Of a stretch of DNA of 64,000 bases, positions 8,320-17,997 are shown in pieces. The notes beneath the pieces are model-generated. The model saw nothing but the letters and a program-made list of their open reading frames with translations. It ran no database searches and was not told the origin of the DNA. Source of the DNA: Escherichia coli (GTDB lineage Bacteria; Pseudomonadota; Gammaproteobacteria; Enterobacterales; Enterobacteriaceae); assembly GCF_050320075.1 (NCBI RefSeq), contig NZ_CP190021.1. One strand, written 5' to 3'. Each line of letters opens with the position of its first letter. Position 1 is the first letter of the stretch. Made by a program: the position numbers and the translations under genes.

Positions 8320-9168
8320 ATGAATCAGACTTTACCCACTGCTGACCTGAATACTGCCGGCACGACAGATGTTATTCCGTCTGTGGCTATCGACCGCATC
8401 ATCGCGCAGCGTAACGAAGGTATTGCACTGTTCATGCAGGCGATGGAATGCCTGGCGACAGCGCGCAAGATTCTGCTCGATGCGTCAGGTGATATTTTTC
8501 TTTACGGGTTTGAAGACTGCGTGACTGATTCCGTTCGTCGCATAGATAAACCGGAAGAAGCGAAAAGGAATATCACCCGTCTTGCCGACCGGAAAATCTG
8601 GGACCGCCTGATGACAGATACGGGCATGTACACCTTCATGAGTTCATGCCAGCGTGATGAGTGGAACAGCCAGCTGATGAGCGACACCTGTCCTGAAATC
8701 ACCCTGGACAATGTACTGGCAACATTCCGCCATCTGAATGCCTGCAAGATGCAGACATTTGAACAGGGACTGATTGATGTCTACCGGAAATTGTCATGGG
8801 ATTACAGAACCAATAATCCCTGCCGTCTGGGTAAGAAAATCATTATTGAAAACCTGCTGTACCGCTGGAGTAACGGGCGTGTGACGCTGGACTGCAGCGG
8901 ACGGGAGGCACTGGATGACCTGGTACGTCCGTTTTATCTGCTGGAGGGGCGCAACGTTCCTGACTTCAGGAACAGTATCGGGGCGCAGTATGGTGAATTT
9001 CTCGGGAACGGCGACAATGTCGGTAAGCTGTTAGAAGGGGAATATTTTACGGTGCGTGGCTACCAGAAAGGGACCGTACACATTGTCTTTAAGCGTTCTG
9101 ACCTTGTTGAAAAACTGAATGATATTATTGCACGGCATTATCCAGGTGCATTGCCGCCACGAGTCTGA
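8320..9168 (+). CDS. conserved hypothetical leading-region protein (282 aa; possibly DUF4942-like, from memory only)
   Basis: AGGAG at 8306-8310. A GTG at 8317 or ATG at 8320 could be the start. Immediately downstream of Frpo-like copy B and followed by a terminator. Confidence 0.65.
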   Translation: MNQTLPTADLNTAGTTDVIPSVAIDRIIAQRNEGIALFMQAMECLATARKILLDASGDIFLYGFEDCVTDSVRRIDKPEEAKRNITRLADRKIWDRLMTDTGMYTFMSSCQRDEWNSQLMSDTCPEITLDNVLATFRHLNACKMQTFEQGLIDVYRKLSWDYRTNNPCRLGKKIIIENLLYRWSNGRVTLDCSGREALDDLVRPFYLLEGRNVPDFRNSIGAQYGEFLGNGDNVGKLLEGEYFTVRGYQKGTVHIVFKRSDLVEKLNDIIARHYPGALPPRV

Positions 9169-9179
9169 TTAAACAGAAA

Positions 9180-9210
9180 AGCCCTGGTATTTATGCCGGG
9201 GCTTTTTTTT
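9180..9210 (+). terminator. intrinsic terminator
   Basis: AGCCCTGG-tatttatg-CCGGGGCT (one mismatch) followed by T8. Confidence 0.75.
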
Positions 9211-9253
9211 CTGTAATCATCATAATCTCAGAACACGATGTGACATTGTCACA

Positions 9254-9595
9254 TCAATTGTTGTTCATATCGATGCCATCTTTCCTGCCTGAATCTGTCT
9301 TTTTAGGTGCTGTTTTAGAGGAAGAACGGCGGGATGGTTTTTTCGATTCTGCTTCCCGAATAATGTCACGAAGTGCCTTCTCTCCTACTTCATACCCTGC
9401 ATTTTTGAGCGTGTCACGAACATCTGCCAGTGTATAACCCTTTGTCCTTACCAGGACAATAATGTCATCACGAATGGCATCAAGAAAATCACGCAATGTT
9501 TTCCGTTGAGCGGTGAGATCTGGCAATTCCGATAAAGCAGCTTTTGCCAGCTGGATGTCATCATCTGAGTAAAATTTTTTAGAAGCCATTGGCAC
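9254..9595 (-). CDS. hypothetical protein with Lys/Ser-rich basic tail (113 aa), adjacent to oriT
   Basis: Clean ORF with GGAGAG upstream of the GTG start. The C-terminus KKPSRRSSSKTAPKKTDSGRK suggests nucleic-acid binding. Function unknown. Confidence 0.55.
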   Translation of the reverse strand: MPMASKKFYSDDDIQLAKAALSELPDLTAQRKTLRDFLDAIRDDIIVLVRTKGYTLADVRDTLKNAGYEVGEKALRDIIREAESKKPSRRSSSKTAPKKTDSGRKDGIDMNNN

Positions 9596-9738
9596 TTTCT
9601 CTCCGTTTCATGTTGAAGTCTGATTTTATCATCAAAAACTGACTCCTGGCAGGGCTGCGCCCTGCCTCTGCCGTCTGCATAAGACTATGATGCACAAAAA
9701 TAACAGGCTATAATGGCCTGAAAAACGGGACAGGATGT

Positions 9739-9800
9739 GCAATTGTATAACCGCGCACGCGCGATTATACAATTGCCTCCTGGTCAGGGCTTCGCCCCGA
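9739..9800. other. oriT: oriT core (17-bp inverted repeat plus adjacent nick region)
   Basis: GCAATTGTATAACCGCG (9739-9755) versus CGCGATTATACAATTGC (9760-9776) is a 17-bp inverted repeat with one mismatch, followed by CTCCTGGTCAGGGC directly upstream of nikA. This matches the published description of R64 oriT as I recall it. The exact nick position is not determinable here. Confidence 0.75.
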
Positions 9801-9821
9801 CACCCCAGTAAGGAGCTGACC

Positions 9822-10154
9822 GTGAGTGATAAACGTCAAAGAAGTGGTAGTGAAAGACGGCAAAAGACGATCCTGAGAGCGGTCCGGTTCTCACCGGATG
9901 AGGATGAAACTATCTGTAAGAATGCTGAAGATTCCGGACTTACTGTATCTGCTTACATCCGAAATGCAGCACTGAATAAGCGAATTAACTCCCGTACAGA
10001 TGATGCTTTTCTGAAGGAGTTAATGAGACTGGGAAGGATGCAGAAGCATCTGTTTGTTCAGGGAAAAAGAACCGGTGACAAGGAATACGCAGAAGTGCTT
10101 GTTGCCATAACCGAACTTACAAATACATTGCGTAAACAGTTAATGGAAGGTTGA
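9822..10154 (+). CDS. nikA: NikA relaxosome accessory protein (RHH, 110 aa)
   Basis: GTG start after TAAGGAG. 110 aa equals the R64 NikA length. Position is between oriT and nikB. Confidence 0.9.
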   Translation: MSDKRQRSGSERRQKTILRAVRFSPDEDETICKNAEDSGLTVSAYIRNAALNKRINSRTDDAFLKELMRLGRMQKHLFVQGKRTGDKEYAEVLVAITELTNTLRKQLMEG

Positions 10155-10164
10155 GGATTCTCCG

Positions 10165-12864
10165 GTGAATGCAGTCATTCCGAAAAAGAGAAGGGACGGC
10201 AAGTCTTCGTTCGAAGACCTGGTATCCTACGTCTCTGTCCGGGATGACATGACCGATGAGGAACTGGATTTATCTTCTTCTTCGCAGGCTGAACAACCGC
10301 ACCGAAGCCGTTTCAGTCGCCTTGTTGATTATGCGACACGTCTTCGAAATGAGTCATTCGTGGCGCTGGTTGATGTCATGAAGGACGGCTGCGAATGGGT
10401 CAACTTTTATGGTGTCACCTGCTTTCATAACTGTACTTCTCTTGAAACTGCCGCTGCAGATATGGAGTACATTGCCCGGCAGGCACACTATGCAAAAGAT
10501 GACACTGACCCTGTTTTTCACTACATCCTTTCCTGGCAGTCACATGAAAGCCCGCGTCCGGAACAGATTTATGACAGTGTACGTCATACGCTGAAATCAC
10601 TCGGCCTTGCCGACCATCAGTATGTCTCTGCCGTGCATACTGATACAGATAATCTGCACGTCCATGTGGCTGTTAACCGGGTACACCCTGAAACGGGTTA
10701 TCTGAACCGGTTATCATGGAGTCAGGAAAAACTCAGTCGTGCCTGCCGTGAGCTTGAACTGAAGCATGGTTTTGCTCCGGATAACGGTTGCTGGGTCCAT
10801 GCGCCGGGAAATCGTATCGTTCGCAAAACTGCCGTTGAACGTGATCGCCAGAACGCCTGGACACGCGGAAAAAAACAAACTTTTCGTGAGTATGTTGCGC
10901 AGACAGCGGTCGCTGGTTTACGCAGTGAACCTGTACATGACTGGTTATCCCTGCATCGTCGTCTTGCGGAAGATGGTCTGTACCTGTCTCAGATGGACGG
11001 AAAATTTCTGGTGATGGATGGCTGGGATCGCAACAGGGAAGGTGTACAGCTTGACTCGTTTGGTCCCTCCTGGTGTGCAGAAAAACTCATGAAAAAAATG
11101 GGTGACTACACGCCAGTGCCAAAAGACATTTTCAGCCAGGTGGAAGCACCAGGACGCTATAATCCGGACTTCATTGCAGCTGATGTTCGCCCGGAAAAAA
11201 TCGCTGAAACAGAAAGTCTGCAGCAGTATGCCTGTCGTCATCTTGGAGAACGTCTGCCGGAAATGGCACGGGAAGGACGGCTGGAAAACTGCCTGGCTAT
11301 TCACCGCACACTGGCTGAAGCGGGATTATGGATGCGTGTTCAGCATGGTCACCTGGTTATCTGTGACGGTTATGATCATAACCAGACTCCCGTTCGTGCT
11401 GACAGCGTATGGTCACTGCTGACGCTCGACAATGTGAATCAACTCGATGGTGGCTGGCAGCCTGTACCAACAGATATTTTCCGCCAGGTTACGCCAACAG
11501 AACGCTTCCGTGGTCGTCGTATGGAGAGCTGTCCTGCGACCGATAAAGAATGGCACCGTATGCGTACAGGTACGGGGCCGCAGGGGGCTATCAAACGCGA
11601 ACTGTTTTCTGACAAAGAAAGTCTGTGGGGATACAGCATCAGCCATTGTAGCCCTCAGATTGAAGAAATGATCACACAGGGTGAGTTTACCTGGCAGCGT
11701 TGTCATGAGTTGTTTGCACAACAGGGACTGATGCTACAGAAACAACATCACGGGCTTGTTGTCGTTGATGCTTTTAATCATGAGCAAACGCCGGTGAAAG
11801 CCAGCAGCATTCATCCTGATCTGACACTGGGGCGTGCGGAGCCACAGGCCGGACCTTTTGTGAGTGCTCCAGCAGATTTGTTTGACAGGGTGCAACCTGA
11901 AAATCGCTATAACCCGGAGCTGGCTGTCAGTGACAGGTACGGGGTCAGCAGTAAACGTGACCCAATGCTGCGCCGGCAGCGACGTGAAGCCAGGGCTGAG
12001 GCCCGTGCTGACCTGCGTGCCCGCTATCTGGCATGGCGTGAACAATGGCGTAAACCGGATCTGCGTTATGGGGAACGTTGTCGGGAAATTCATCAGGCAT
12101 GCCGTCTGCGGAAGTCACACATTCGTGCGCAGTACGATGATCCGGCATTACGTAAGCTGCATTATCACATTGCAGAAGTTCAGCGAATGCAGGCATTGAT
12201 CAGGCTGAAAGAAGACATCAGGGATGAGCGACAGAAACTTATTGCTGACGGGAAATGGTATCCACCCTCTTACCGTCAGTGGGTCGAAATTCAGGCTGCT
12301 CAGGGAGACAGGGCTGCTGTATCGCAGTTGAGAGGCTGGGATTATCGCGATCGCCGTAAAGACAAGTCACGCACAACGACGACAGACCGCTGTGTCGTGC
12401 TTTGTGAACCGGGCGGAACGCCGGTATACGGTAATACCGGTGATCTCGAGGCCCGTCTGCAGAAGAACGGGAGTGTTCGTTTCCGTGACCGTCGGACGGG
12501 AGAGTTTGTCTGTACGGATTATGGTGACAGAGTTGTTTTCCGTAATCACCATGACCGCAATGCGCTGGCAGATAAACTGGATTTGATTGCACCGGTATTA
12601 TTCGGGCGTGATCCACGCATGGGGTTTGAACCAGAAGGAAACGACAAACAATTTAACCAGGTCTTTGCTGAAATGGTTGCCTGGCATAATGTGACAGGCC
12701 GTACCGGTCACGAAGACTACAGGATTACGCGACCGGACGTGGATCATCACCGTGAAGGAAGTGAACGCTACTACCGCGATTATATCGCGGCGAACAGCAA
12801 CGATGACGCATCACTGCCTCCGCCGGAGCAGGATAAACGCTGGGAACCGCCTTCTCCAGGTTAA
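10165..12864 (+). CDS. nikB: NikB relaxase (MOBP-type, 899 aa)
   Basis: 899 aa equals R64 NikB. The relaxase histidine motif region is HTDTDNLHVHVAVNRV. Confidence 0.92.
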   Translation: MNAVIPKKRRDGKSSFEDLVSYVSVRDDMTDEELDLSSSSQAEQPHRSRFSRLVDYATRLRNESFVALVDVMKDGCEWVNFYGVTCFHNCTSLETAAADMEYIARQAHYAKDDTDPVFHYILSWQSHESPRPEQIYDSVRHTLKSLGLADHQYVSAVHTDTDNLHVHVAVNRVHPETGYLNRLSWSQEKLSRACRELELKHGFAPDNGCWVHAPGNRIVRKTAVERDRQNAWTRGKKQTFREYVAQTAVAGLRSEPVHDWLSLHRRLAEDGLYLSQMDGKFLVMDGWDRNREGVQLDSFGPSWCAEKLMKKMGDYTPVPKDIFSQVEAPGRYNPDFIAADVRPEKIAETESLQQYACRHLGERLPEMAREGRLENCLAIHRTLAEAGLWMRVQHGHLVICDGYDHNQTPVRADSVWSLLTLDNVNQLDGGWQPVPTDIFRQVTPTERFRGRRMESCPATDKEWHRMRTGTGPQGAIKRELFSDKESLWGYSISHCSPQIEEMITQGEFTWQRCHELFAQQGLMLQKQHHGLVVVDAFNHEQTPVKASSIHPDLTLGRAEPQAGPFVSAPADLFDRVQPENRYNPELAVSDRYGVSSKRDPMLRRQRREARAEARADLRARYLAWREQWRKPDLRYGERCREIHQACRLRKSHIRAQYDDPALRKLHYHIAEVQRMQALIRLKEDIRDERQKLIADGKWYPPSYRQWVEIQAAQGDRAAVSQLRGWDYRDRRKDKSRTTTTDRCVVLCEPGGTPVYGNTGDLEARLQKNGSVRFRDRRTGEFVCTDYGDRVVFRNHHDRNALADKLDLIAPVLFGRDPRMGFEPEGNDKQFNQVFAEMVAWHNVTGRTGHEDYRITRPDVDHHREGSERYYRDYIAANSNDDASLPPPEQDKRWEPPSPG

Positions 12865-12870
12865 AAAAAA

Positions 12871-12895
12871 GGCCGCGCCAGAATCCGGCGCGGCC
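12871..12895. terminator. bidirectional hairpin between convergent nikB and trbC
   Basis: GGCCGCGCC-agaatcc-GGCGCGGCC, with A8 upstream. Confidence 0.7.
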
Positions 12896-12900
12896 ACTGT

Positions 12901-15192
12901 TCAGTACATTCCGTCCCAGTCCGGACGGTTGGTTTTTTTATGATGAAACCCGTTTACAGGACGCCCTGTCGGGTGGTTATTGTCCTGTGGAAGCGTTAAC
13001 AGGTTTATACCTGCTCTTTCTGCTCTCACTGATATCTGATTTTCCTCTTTTGTTTCAGGTAGTTCTGGTCTGTTCAGCGTGATATAGCGAATTCGTCGCT
13101 CTTCCCGTGTGGTCGTTTTAAGCGTATTCACCGCTGTTTCCCACAAGGCACTTTCACGTGCGTTGATATCTGTGTCGTACTCTTCCAGCATTGCCATAGC
13201 CGCCTGACGTCCTGCAATGCGTTGCTGAAATGTATCCACGATCGTGTGCGGCTCTGTGCGAATTTTTCGTCTTTTTCTGGAGGGTTTTGCAGTCAGGACG
13301 CCAATGATGGCACTGACATTTTCCGGTGACGGTATTCGACGTTGAGTAGTACGGGGAACAAGACGGCGGAGACGGTCCAGGCGTGGCGCATCCACGCTGA
13401 TATACCTGTTTATAACAACGGGATCGCTGCTGCAGCTTTTCTCATCGTCAGGGATGAAGAATGATGCTGATGGTACGGTTTCTCCCCGGAAAATAGAAAA
13501 GAACTCGCCAGGATGAAGTTCAATCAACTCCTGAACATTTATCTTGCTTTCCATCAGGATGCTGATTTGTGGGCTGTCAATCCATGATTCACCAAATATG
13601 CCGTCCTGACGCTGCAGGTTGTTCATTCTCGCCCTGGCTTCTTCACCGGCGGCGCTTTTCAGCGTTCTGGCCGTACTACCCTCGCTGACAATCCTGCCGG
13701 CAAATTTTGTCCCCGTGTTCTGCATCAGTGTTGCAGTATTCGTGGCTGTTGTCTGTCCTTCTATACGTTCCTGGTCCTGTGCCATCAAAATCAGAGCAAA
13801 ATCCAGTGAACGCACCTGAGTGGCTTCCACAGCAATACGGTCCGTATAGTATGCCCCTACTTCATCAAGGAAACACAGATAAGGGAAACGCCCCTTATAT
13901 TTTTTGACTTCCAGTGCATCGGAATCAGTTCCTTCGAGGCGGTAGCCCAAATCACGGGCGAGAATCATACTTTTCTGGGTGATAAACATTCGTCCAAGAG
14001 CAGACGTTGTATGCGCTGATGTATCCAGAGCGGGGATCATTACCATCAGAATCCTGTCGCTGTGAATGCTGTCACGGATATCGATATCACCGGAATCTTC
14101 AGCAAAAATATCCCCGAATGCTTCCGTGAATGTGCTGAAAGTTTCAGAAAACTGCCCGGAGAGATAAGCATGTTGTTTTCTGGGTTCTTCCGTCCAGGCT
14201 GATGGTGTCCTGACCAGCGACAGGTCGAAACCGGGAACGTCCTGAAGGTAGTTACGTAACGGTGCGATAGCTTCTTCCGGCCACTGATCATCGAGGCCAC
14301 GACAGTAAAGTTTGGCCATCCCTTCGAGAGTCATATGTTCACGGAGCATCTGCAGCGACATTGTTTTGCCTTCGCGCACACACCAGAATTTAGTACCAAA
14401 TACCAGTGCCTTATTCATGGCAATGGCCCGGGACTGCCACTCGCCCCCCTGGACGTTCTGGGGCAGCATTGACTGCATTGTCTCCGCTGTGAATGCCTCG
14501 GTGCTGTAACAGAAGGGATTCCAGGTATTTGACTGAGGACGCGTTTTTTCACCACTCAGAATGATTTCACTGCGGGATTTTCCTCCGTTCATGAAGTTAA
14601 TGACTTCCACATCGTCTTCACGTCCAAAGCGTCTGGCCAGATACCAGATCGTTCTTGCCGTATCATTCTGTGCCTTGCCATCGACAAGGGTGAATCCTCT
14701 TGCCCAGCAAAGTGGGTTAATCGCCCAGGCAAAGATGGTTTCCGTTTTACCGCCACCGGTGGTGGCGAAAAACATTATATGGCGGGTCAGATCGTCCATA
14801 CTCAGCCATAACTCCCTGCCAATATCCCTGACGCGTTGATAACCAACATAGAATATGCCGCTGGCCGGTGATTCCAGAATGACCTCATACTGGAACAGGG
14901 TTGGCCAGAAGCTGAAAAGACTTCTTTTAATCATTCTGTCCTGTGACGGGTCAGCACATTCCAGCGTCATGGGCATACGAAGAGGGCAGCGCCATCGCTG
15001 CAGACTAAATACCAGCATTGTTATCAGTGTGAACAACAGACATGCCGGTAATGCAAGTGGCCAGATAAAACTGGCCACAAGACTTGCCACCAGGCAAAAG
15101 CCATAGATATTGAGACTCTGGAGTGCATTCCAGACAGGATTTCCCCAGGCTGTACGATGTAAAAGCTCGGGGTTAACGCGATGTTCACTCAT
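12901..15192 (-). CDS. trbC: TrbC, type IV coupling protein (DotL/IcmO-like ATPase)
   Basis: 763 aa with N-terminal TM segments and the Walker A motif FFATTGGGKTE. Confidence 0.9.
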   Translation of the reverse strand: MSEHRVNPELLHRTAWGNPVWNALQSLNIYGFCLVASLVASFIWPLALPACLLFTLITMLVFSLQRWRCPLRMPMTLECADPSQDRMIKRSLFSFWPTLFQYEVILESPASGIFYVGYQRVRDIGRELWLSMDDLTRHIMFFATTGGGKTETIFAWAINPLCWARGFTLVDGKAQNDTARTIWYLARRFGREDDVEVINFMNGGKSRSEIILSGEKTRPQSNTWNPFCYSTEAFTAETMQSMLPQNVQGGEWQSRAIAMNKALVFGTKFWCVREGKTMSLQMLREHMTLEGMAKLYCRGLDDQWPEEAIAPLRNYLQDVPGFDLSLVRTPSAWTEEPRKQHAYLSGQFSETFSTFTEAFGDIFAEDSGDIDIRDSIHSDRILMVMIPALDTSAHTTSALGRMFITQKSMILARDLGYRLEGTDSDALEVKKYKGRFPYLCFLDEVGAYYTDRIAVEATQVRSLDFALILMAQDQERIEGQTTATNTATLMQNTGTKFAGRIVSEGSTARTLKSAAGEEARARMNNLQRQDGIFGESWIDSPQISILMESKINVQELIELHPGEFFSIFRGETVPSASFFIPDDEKSCSSDPVVINRYISVDAPRLDRLRRLVPRTTQRRIPSPENVSAIIGVLTAKPSRKRRKIRTEPHTIVDTFQQRIAGRQAAMAMLEEYDTDINARESALWETAVNTLKTTTREERRIRYITLNRPELPETKEENQISVRAERAGINLLTLPQDNNHPTGRPVNGFHHKKTNRPDWDGMY

Positions 15193-16255
15193 GGCCAGAC
15201 TCGCTGTCGGTGGTTTTCAGGAATAAATTAAGCGTGCCAGTTTCCTGCAGAATTCCTGTAGGCAGATGCCAGCCGGTGTCGGACAGCACCCATGGGGTAC
15301 CGGCAAATCCGAACTTACGGAAGGCGACATTGTTAACATCAATCGCAGCTCTGGCTGCTTTCAGGCATGTTTCATCTGCAGGCGTTGTTTCTTCTGATGG
15401 CGTCATCATTCCGTTATCTGCGGAATACAGTCGGTGCCAGCCGGCAGCACGTTTCTGAGCATCTTTTTCACACAGCAGTGGTGCCACACGGTCGGTGGAT
15501 TCCTCTCCACCAATAACTGAAACCGGGTAGATAACGACATTGAAGTCGCTGGCCAGGCGTTTTAAGGCCGGCTCCAGAAGTCTGCAGTTAGGACAGGCAG
15601 GATCGAGAAATGCGAACAGGGTTCGTTCATGACCGGATGACAGGTTGATGGTAAACATGCCCCGATCGGCGTTCCGCTTCAGAACAGTAGCCAGATTATG
15701 TCGCGCAGCTGCGGCTTCCGGATTTTTGCTTGTGATTGTTTTCTCCGGTACCTGGACGTCTTTTTTCGGGGGAACCGGGAGTTGAATGCCTTCATTTAAT
15801 GGCACAGTGTGATTCAGGTGAGGGGGAAGCAGTCGTGGCTCACCTGCTGTCTGTACTGCTTCAGGCGTTGTATCATCCCAGAATACACGATCAACATAGC
15901 GGAACAGAGAGAAGCCAATCGTTGCCATTACGAACAGCACAACGCTGGCGATTATGCCACGGAACAAAGGTGTTCTGCTGAAGCGGCGTTCCATCAGATA
16001 TTCAAGGCGCAGGCAGGAATCAATAGCTGTAAGTATCTGGTCAGCGTTATGCTCCTGTTTATCAATCAGGACGGTTTCTCTGTTACGGGTGCCCATGGCG
16101 TCAAAGGCTATATGAATCAGTTGATTATTTCGTGTTACCAGCCCTGACAGGGCATCCCGTGGAAGGACGGCAATAATTTCTGTCCTGCCATCCGGCCAGA
16201 TTGCCTGCACGGAAATATGTTTTGCAATACGTGTTGCAAAGTACTCGATTGTCAT
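15185..16255 (-). CDS. trbB: TrbB, thioredoxin-fold disulfide isomerase-like transfer protein
   Basis: 356 aa with the CxxC motif FLDPACPNCRLLEP. Overlaps the trbC start. Confidence 0.85.
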   Translation of the reverse strand: MTIEYFATRIAKHISVQAIWPDGRTEIIAVLPRDALSGLVTRNNQLIHIAFDAMGTRNRETVLIDKQEHNADQILTAIDSCLRLEYLMERRFSRTPLFRGIIASVVLFVMATIGFSLFRYVDRVFWDDTTPEAVQTAGEPRLLPPHLNHTVPLNEGIQLPVPPKKDVQVPEKTITSKNPEAAAARHNLATVLKRNADRGMFTINLSSGHERTLFAFLDPACPNCRLLEPALKRLASDFNVVIYPVSVIGGEESTDRVAPLLCEKDAQKRAAGWHRLYSADNGMMTPSEETTPADETCLKAARAAIDVNNVAFRKFGFAGTPWVLSDTGWHLPTGILQETGTLNLFLKTTDSESGHE

Positions 16256-16273
16256 TTTCAGTTCTCCGGATAA

Positions 16274-17482
16274 TCAGAATTCGTTGTCTGTAGCAGGTGT
16301 GCGGGGCAGGATGTCGTCGGTGAGGGACCAGTTGGTCAGGATGCGGCGTTTCCGGTCGCGATCTGGTTGTGGTTCATCCCAGATAAGACCGAGACTGAGC
16401 ATATCCCGCCGTAAGCCTTCCACCGCTTCATCAACACAGGGTTCAGGGCAGGGAAGGCCAAAACGCATGGCTTCGGCCTCTGCACGTGCAACGGCCACCA
16501 CGCCAGCGCCTTCAATAAATCCTTTCGTGGTATTGGCGCGGTGTAATGCATAAAACAGCGTCCTGTCCACGCCTTTCAGCCAAATCCAGTTGGGTGGCGT
16601 AAGCCGCAGGTCATGTGCATACAGCCAGACCAGCCCACTGCGGACGTAGCGATGTTGTTTCAGCCATTGCTGTGCTCCGTTGCTTTTAATCACTCTCTGG
16701 AAAGCTGATTTGGCCAGTGAATAAACAGGGGTACAGAATTTCCCACTGTCCCGTTTGCTTTTAATTCTGCATGAGAGGTTCAGTGTATCCATGAGCTTTA
16801 ATGCTGCCTTACGATCATCCAGGAAATACTGAAGACCAAATATGGCAAAGAGCGCTTTTTCATGTGGTGCCATGTCTTTCCAGGACGTTAAAGGTTTACC
16901 CAACTGGGCCATGAAACATCGTCTTGCAGCTGCAACATCGAGCTGCATATTGGTGATGAGAGTATGCTGCTCGACAAATGCTTCCGGGGTGAGAGCAACC
17001 CGCCGTTCAGGTCGTTTGCCACCATGAAAGAGTTTTTCCGGATCACCATCTGCCAGTACAGGGGCGATAGCAGGGGACAACGAAGCAAAGATGTATGGCA
17101 GGCGGGTAATATCTACTGGTCTGCGGGTGAAACGACTTTGTCCCGGATGTTGATACCACTCCCACAAACACCAGAGTGTCACAGGTAAGAGGTACATCCA
17201 CAGAATACCTATGGTCTGCTCCATGACGTTAACCCACTGGCTATAGCTTATGTTGGCGGCGTTGTTACCGGTCATGGCAAGCAGGTTGTATCGTGGTGCT
17301 GCATAGTTATGAAATGGTCCCCAGTCAACCAGTCCCCATAAGGTATGAAGAATCAGGCAGCTGGCGTAAACCACTTCCGGCAAGAATAACCATATAACGA
17401 ATAGCAGCAGGATAAGAAGGACACCAACAGCGCCCCATATCTGCATAGGATCTTCTGCGACAGGCTGTCGATTGTAAGACAT
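16274..17482 (-). CDS. trbA: TrbA (DotM/IcmP-like inner-membrane T4BSS protein)
   Basis: 402 aa with an N-terminal hydrophobic region. Gene order is trbA-B-C. Confidence 0.85.
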   Translation of the reverse strand: MSYNRQPVAEDPMQIWGAVGVLLILLLFVIWLFLPEVVYASCLILHTLWGLVDWGPFHNYAAPRYNLLAMTGNNAANISYSQWVNVMEQTIGILWMYLLPVTLWCLWEWYQHPGQSRFTRRPVDITRLPYIFASLSPAIAPVLADGDPEKLFHGGKRPERRVALTPEAFVEQHTLITNMQLDVAAARRCFMAQLGKPLTSWKDMAPHEKALFAIFGLQYFLDDRKAALKLMDTLNLSCRIKSKRDSGKFCTPVYSLAKSAFQRVIKSNGAQQWLKQHRYVRSGLVWLYAHDLRLTPPNWIWLKGVDRTLFYALHRANTTKGFIEGAGVVAVARAEAEAMRFGLPCPEPCVDEAVEGLRRDMLSLGLIWDEPQPDRDRKRRILTNWSLTDDILPRTPATDNEF

Positions 17483-17654
17483 GACAAAGTCTCCATTTCT
17501 GGAATTTAAATCAAACGGAAAGGTTAAAAATTTATTTGCAGGCGATAAGAGCTAACCAGAGGAATTAGCCGTGTGATAAAAGGATTGTTGCAGATACGAA
17601 AGTCGTTAGAATAGCTGCGGGCGCTTGAGGCTGTATGCCGAAAGCGTTTTGTGG

Positions 17655-17722
17655 ACGGTATACAGCAGAAAGCCCCTGGAGATTTTTTTATCAATCAACC
17701 AAGGGCTCTACTGTAATGCCTA
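17655..17722 (-). ncRNA. pndB: PndB (Sok-like) antisense RNA, approximate bounds
   Basis: Minus-strand TTGCCT-17-TACTAT/TATAAT promoter-like sequence at about 17760-17728. The predicted transcript covers the pndC start (17716) and contains the hairpin AGCCCTTGG...CCAGGGGCT followed by TTTCT. Confidence 0.5.
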
Positions 17723-17919
17723 GACAACATTATAGTAGCCCGATAACCGCCGTAAGGCAATGGAGGGGCTATGATGCCACAGCGAACGTTTTTAATGATG
17801 TTAATCGTCATCTGTGTGACGATTCTGTGTTTTGTCTGGATGGTGAGGGATTCGCTTTGCGGACTCCGGCTCCAGCAGGGAAACACAGTGCTTGTGGCAA
17901 CGTTAGCCTACGAAGTTAA
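17716..17919 (+). CDS. pndC: PndC (Mok-like overlapping reading frame)
   Basis: The frame overlaps pndA and ends 7 nt before the pndA stop. The ATG at 17716 lies inside the predicted antisense target. The track ORF starts earlier, at 17635. Confidence 0.55.
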   Translation: MPRQHYSSPITAVRQWRGYDATANVFNDVNRHLCDDSVFCLDGEGFALRTPAPAGKHSACGNVSLRS

Positions 17920-17926
17920 ACGTTAA
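17774..17926 (+). CDS. pndA: PndA, Hok-family type I toxin (50 aa)
   Basis: MPQRTFLMMLIVICVTILCFVWMVRDSLCGLRLQQGNTVLVATLAYEVKR is a classic Hok/PndA sequence. It is below the 60-aa track cutoff and was read by hand. Confidence 0.92.
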   Translation: MPQRTFLMMLIVICVTILCFVWMVRDSLCGLRLQQGNTVLVATLAYEVKR

Positions 17927-17936
17927 CGGGCAACAC

Positions 17937-17965
17937 GGCGGCAGGTTTTCTGCCGCCGCTTTGTT
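17937..17965 (+). terminator. intrinsic terminator after pndA
   Basis: GGCGGCAG-gtttt-CTGCCGCC followed by GCTTTGTTG. Confidence 0.8.
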
Positions 17966-17997
17966 GCGAAGGCTGACCTCATTGCGCCCTTTCTTCT

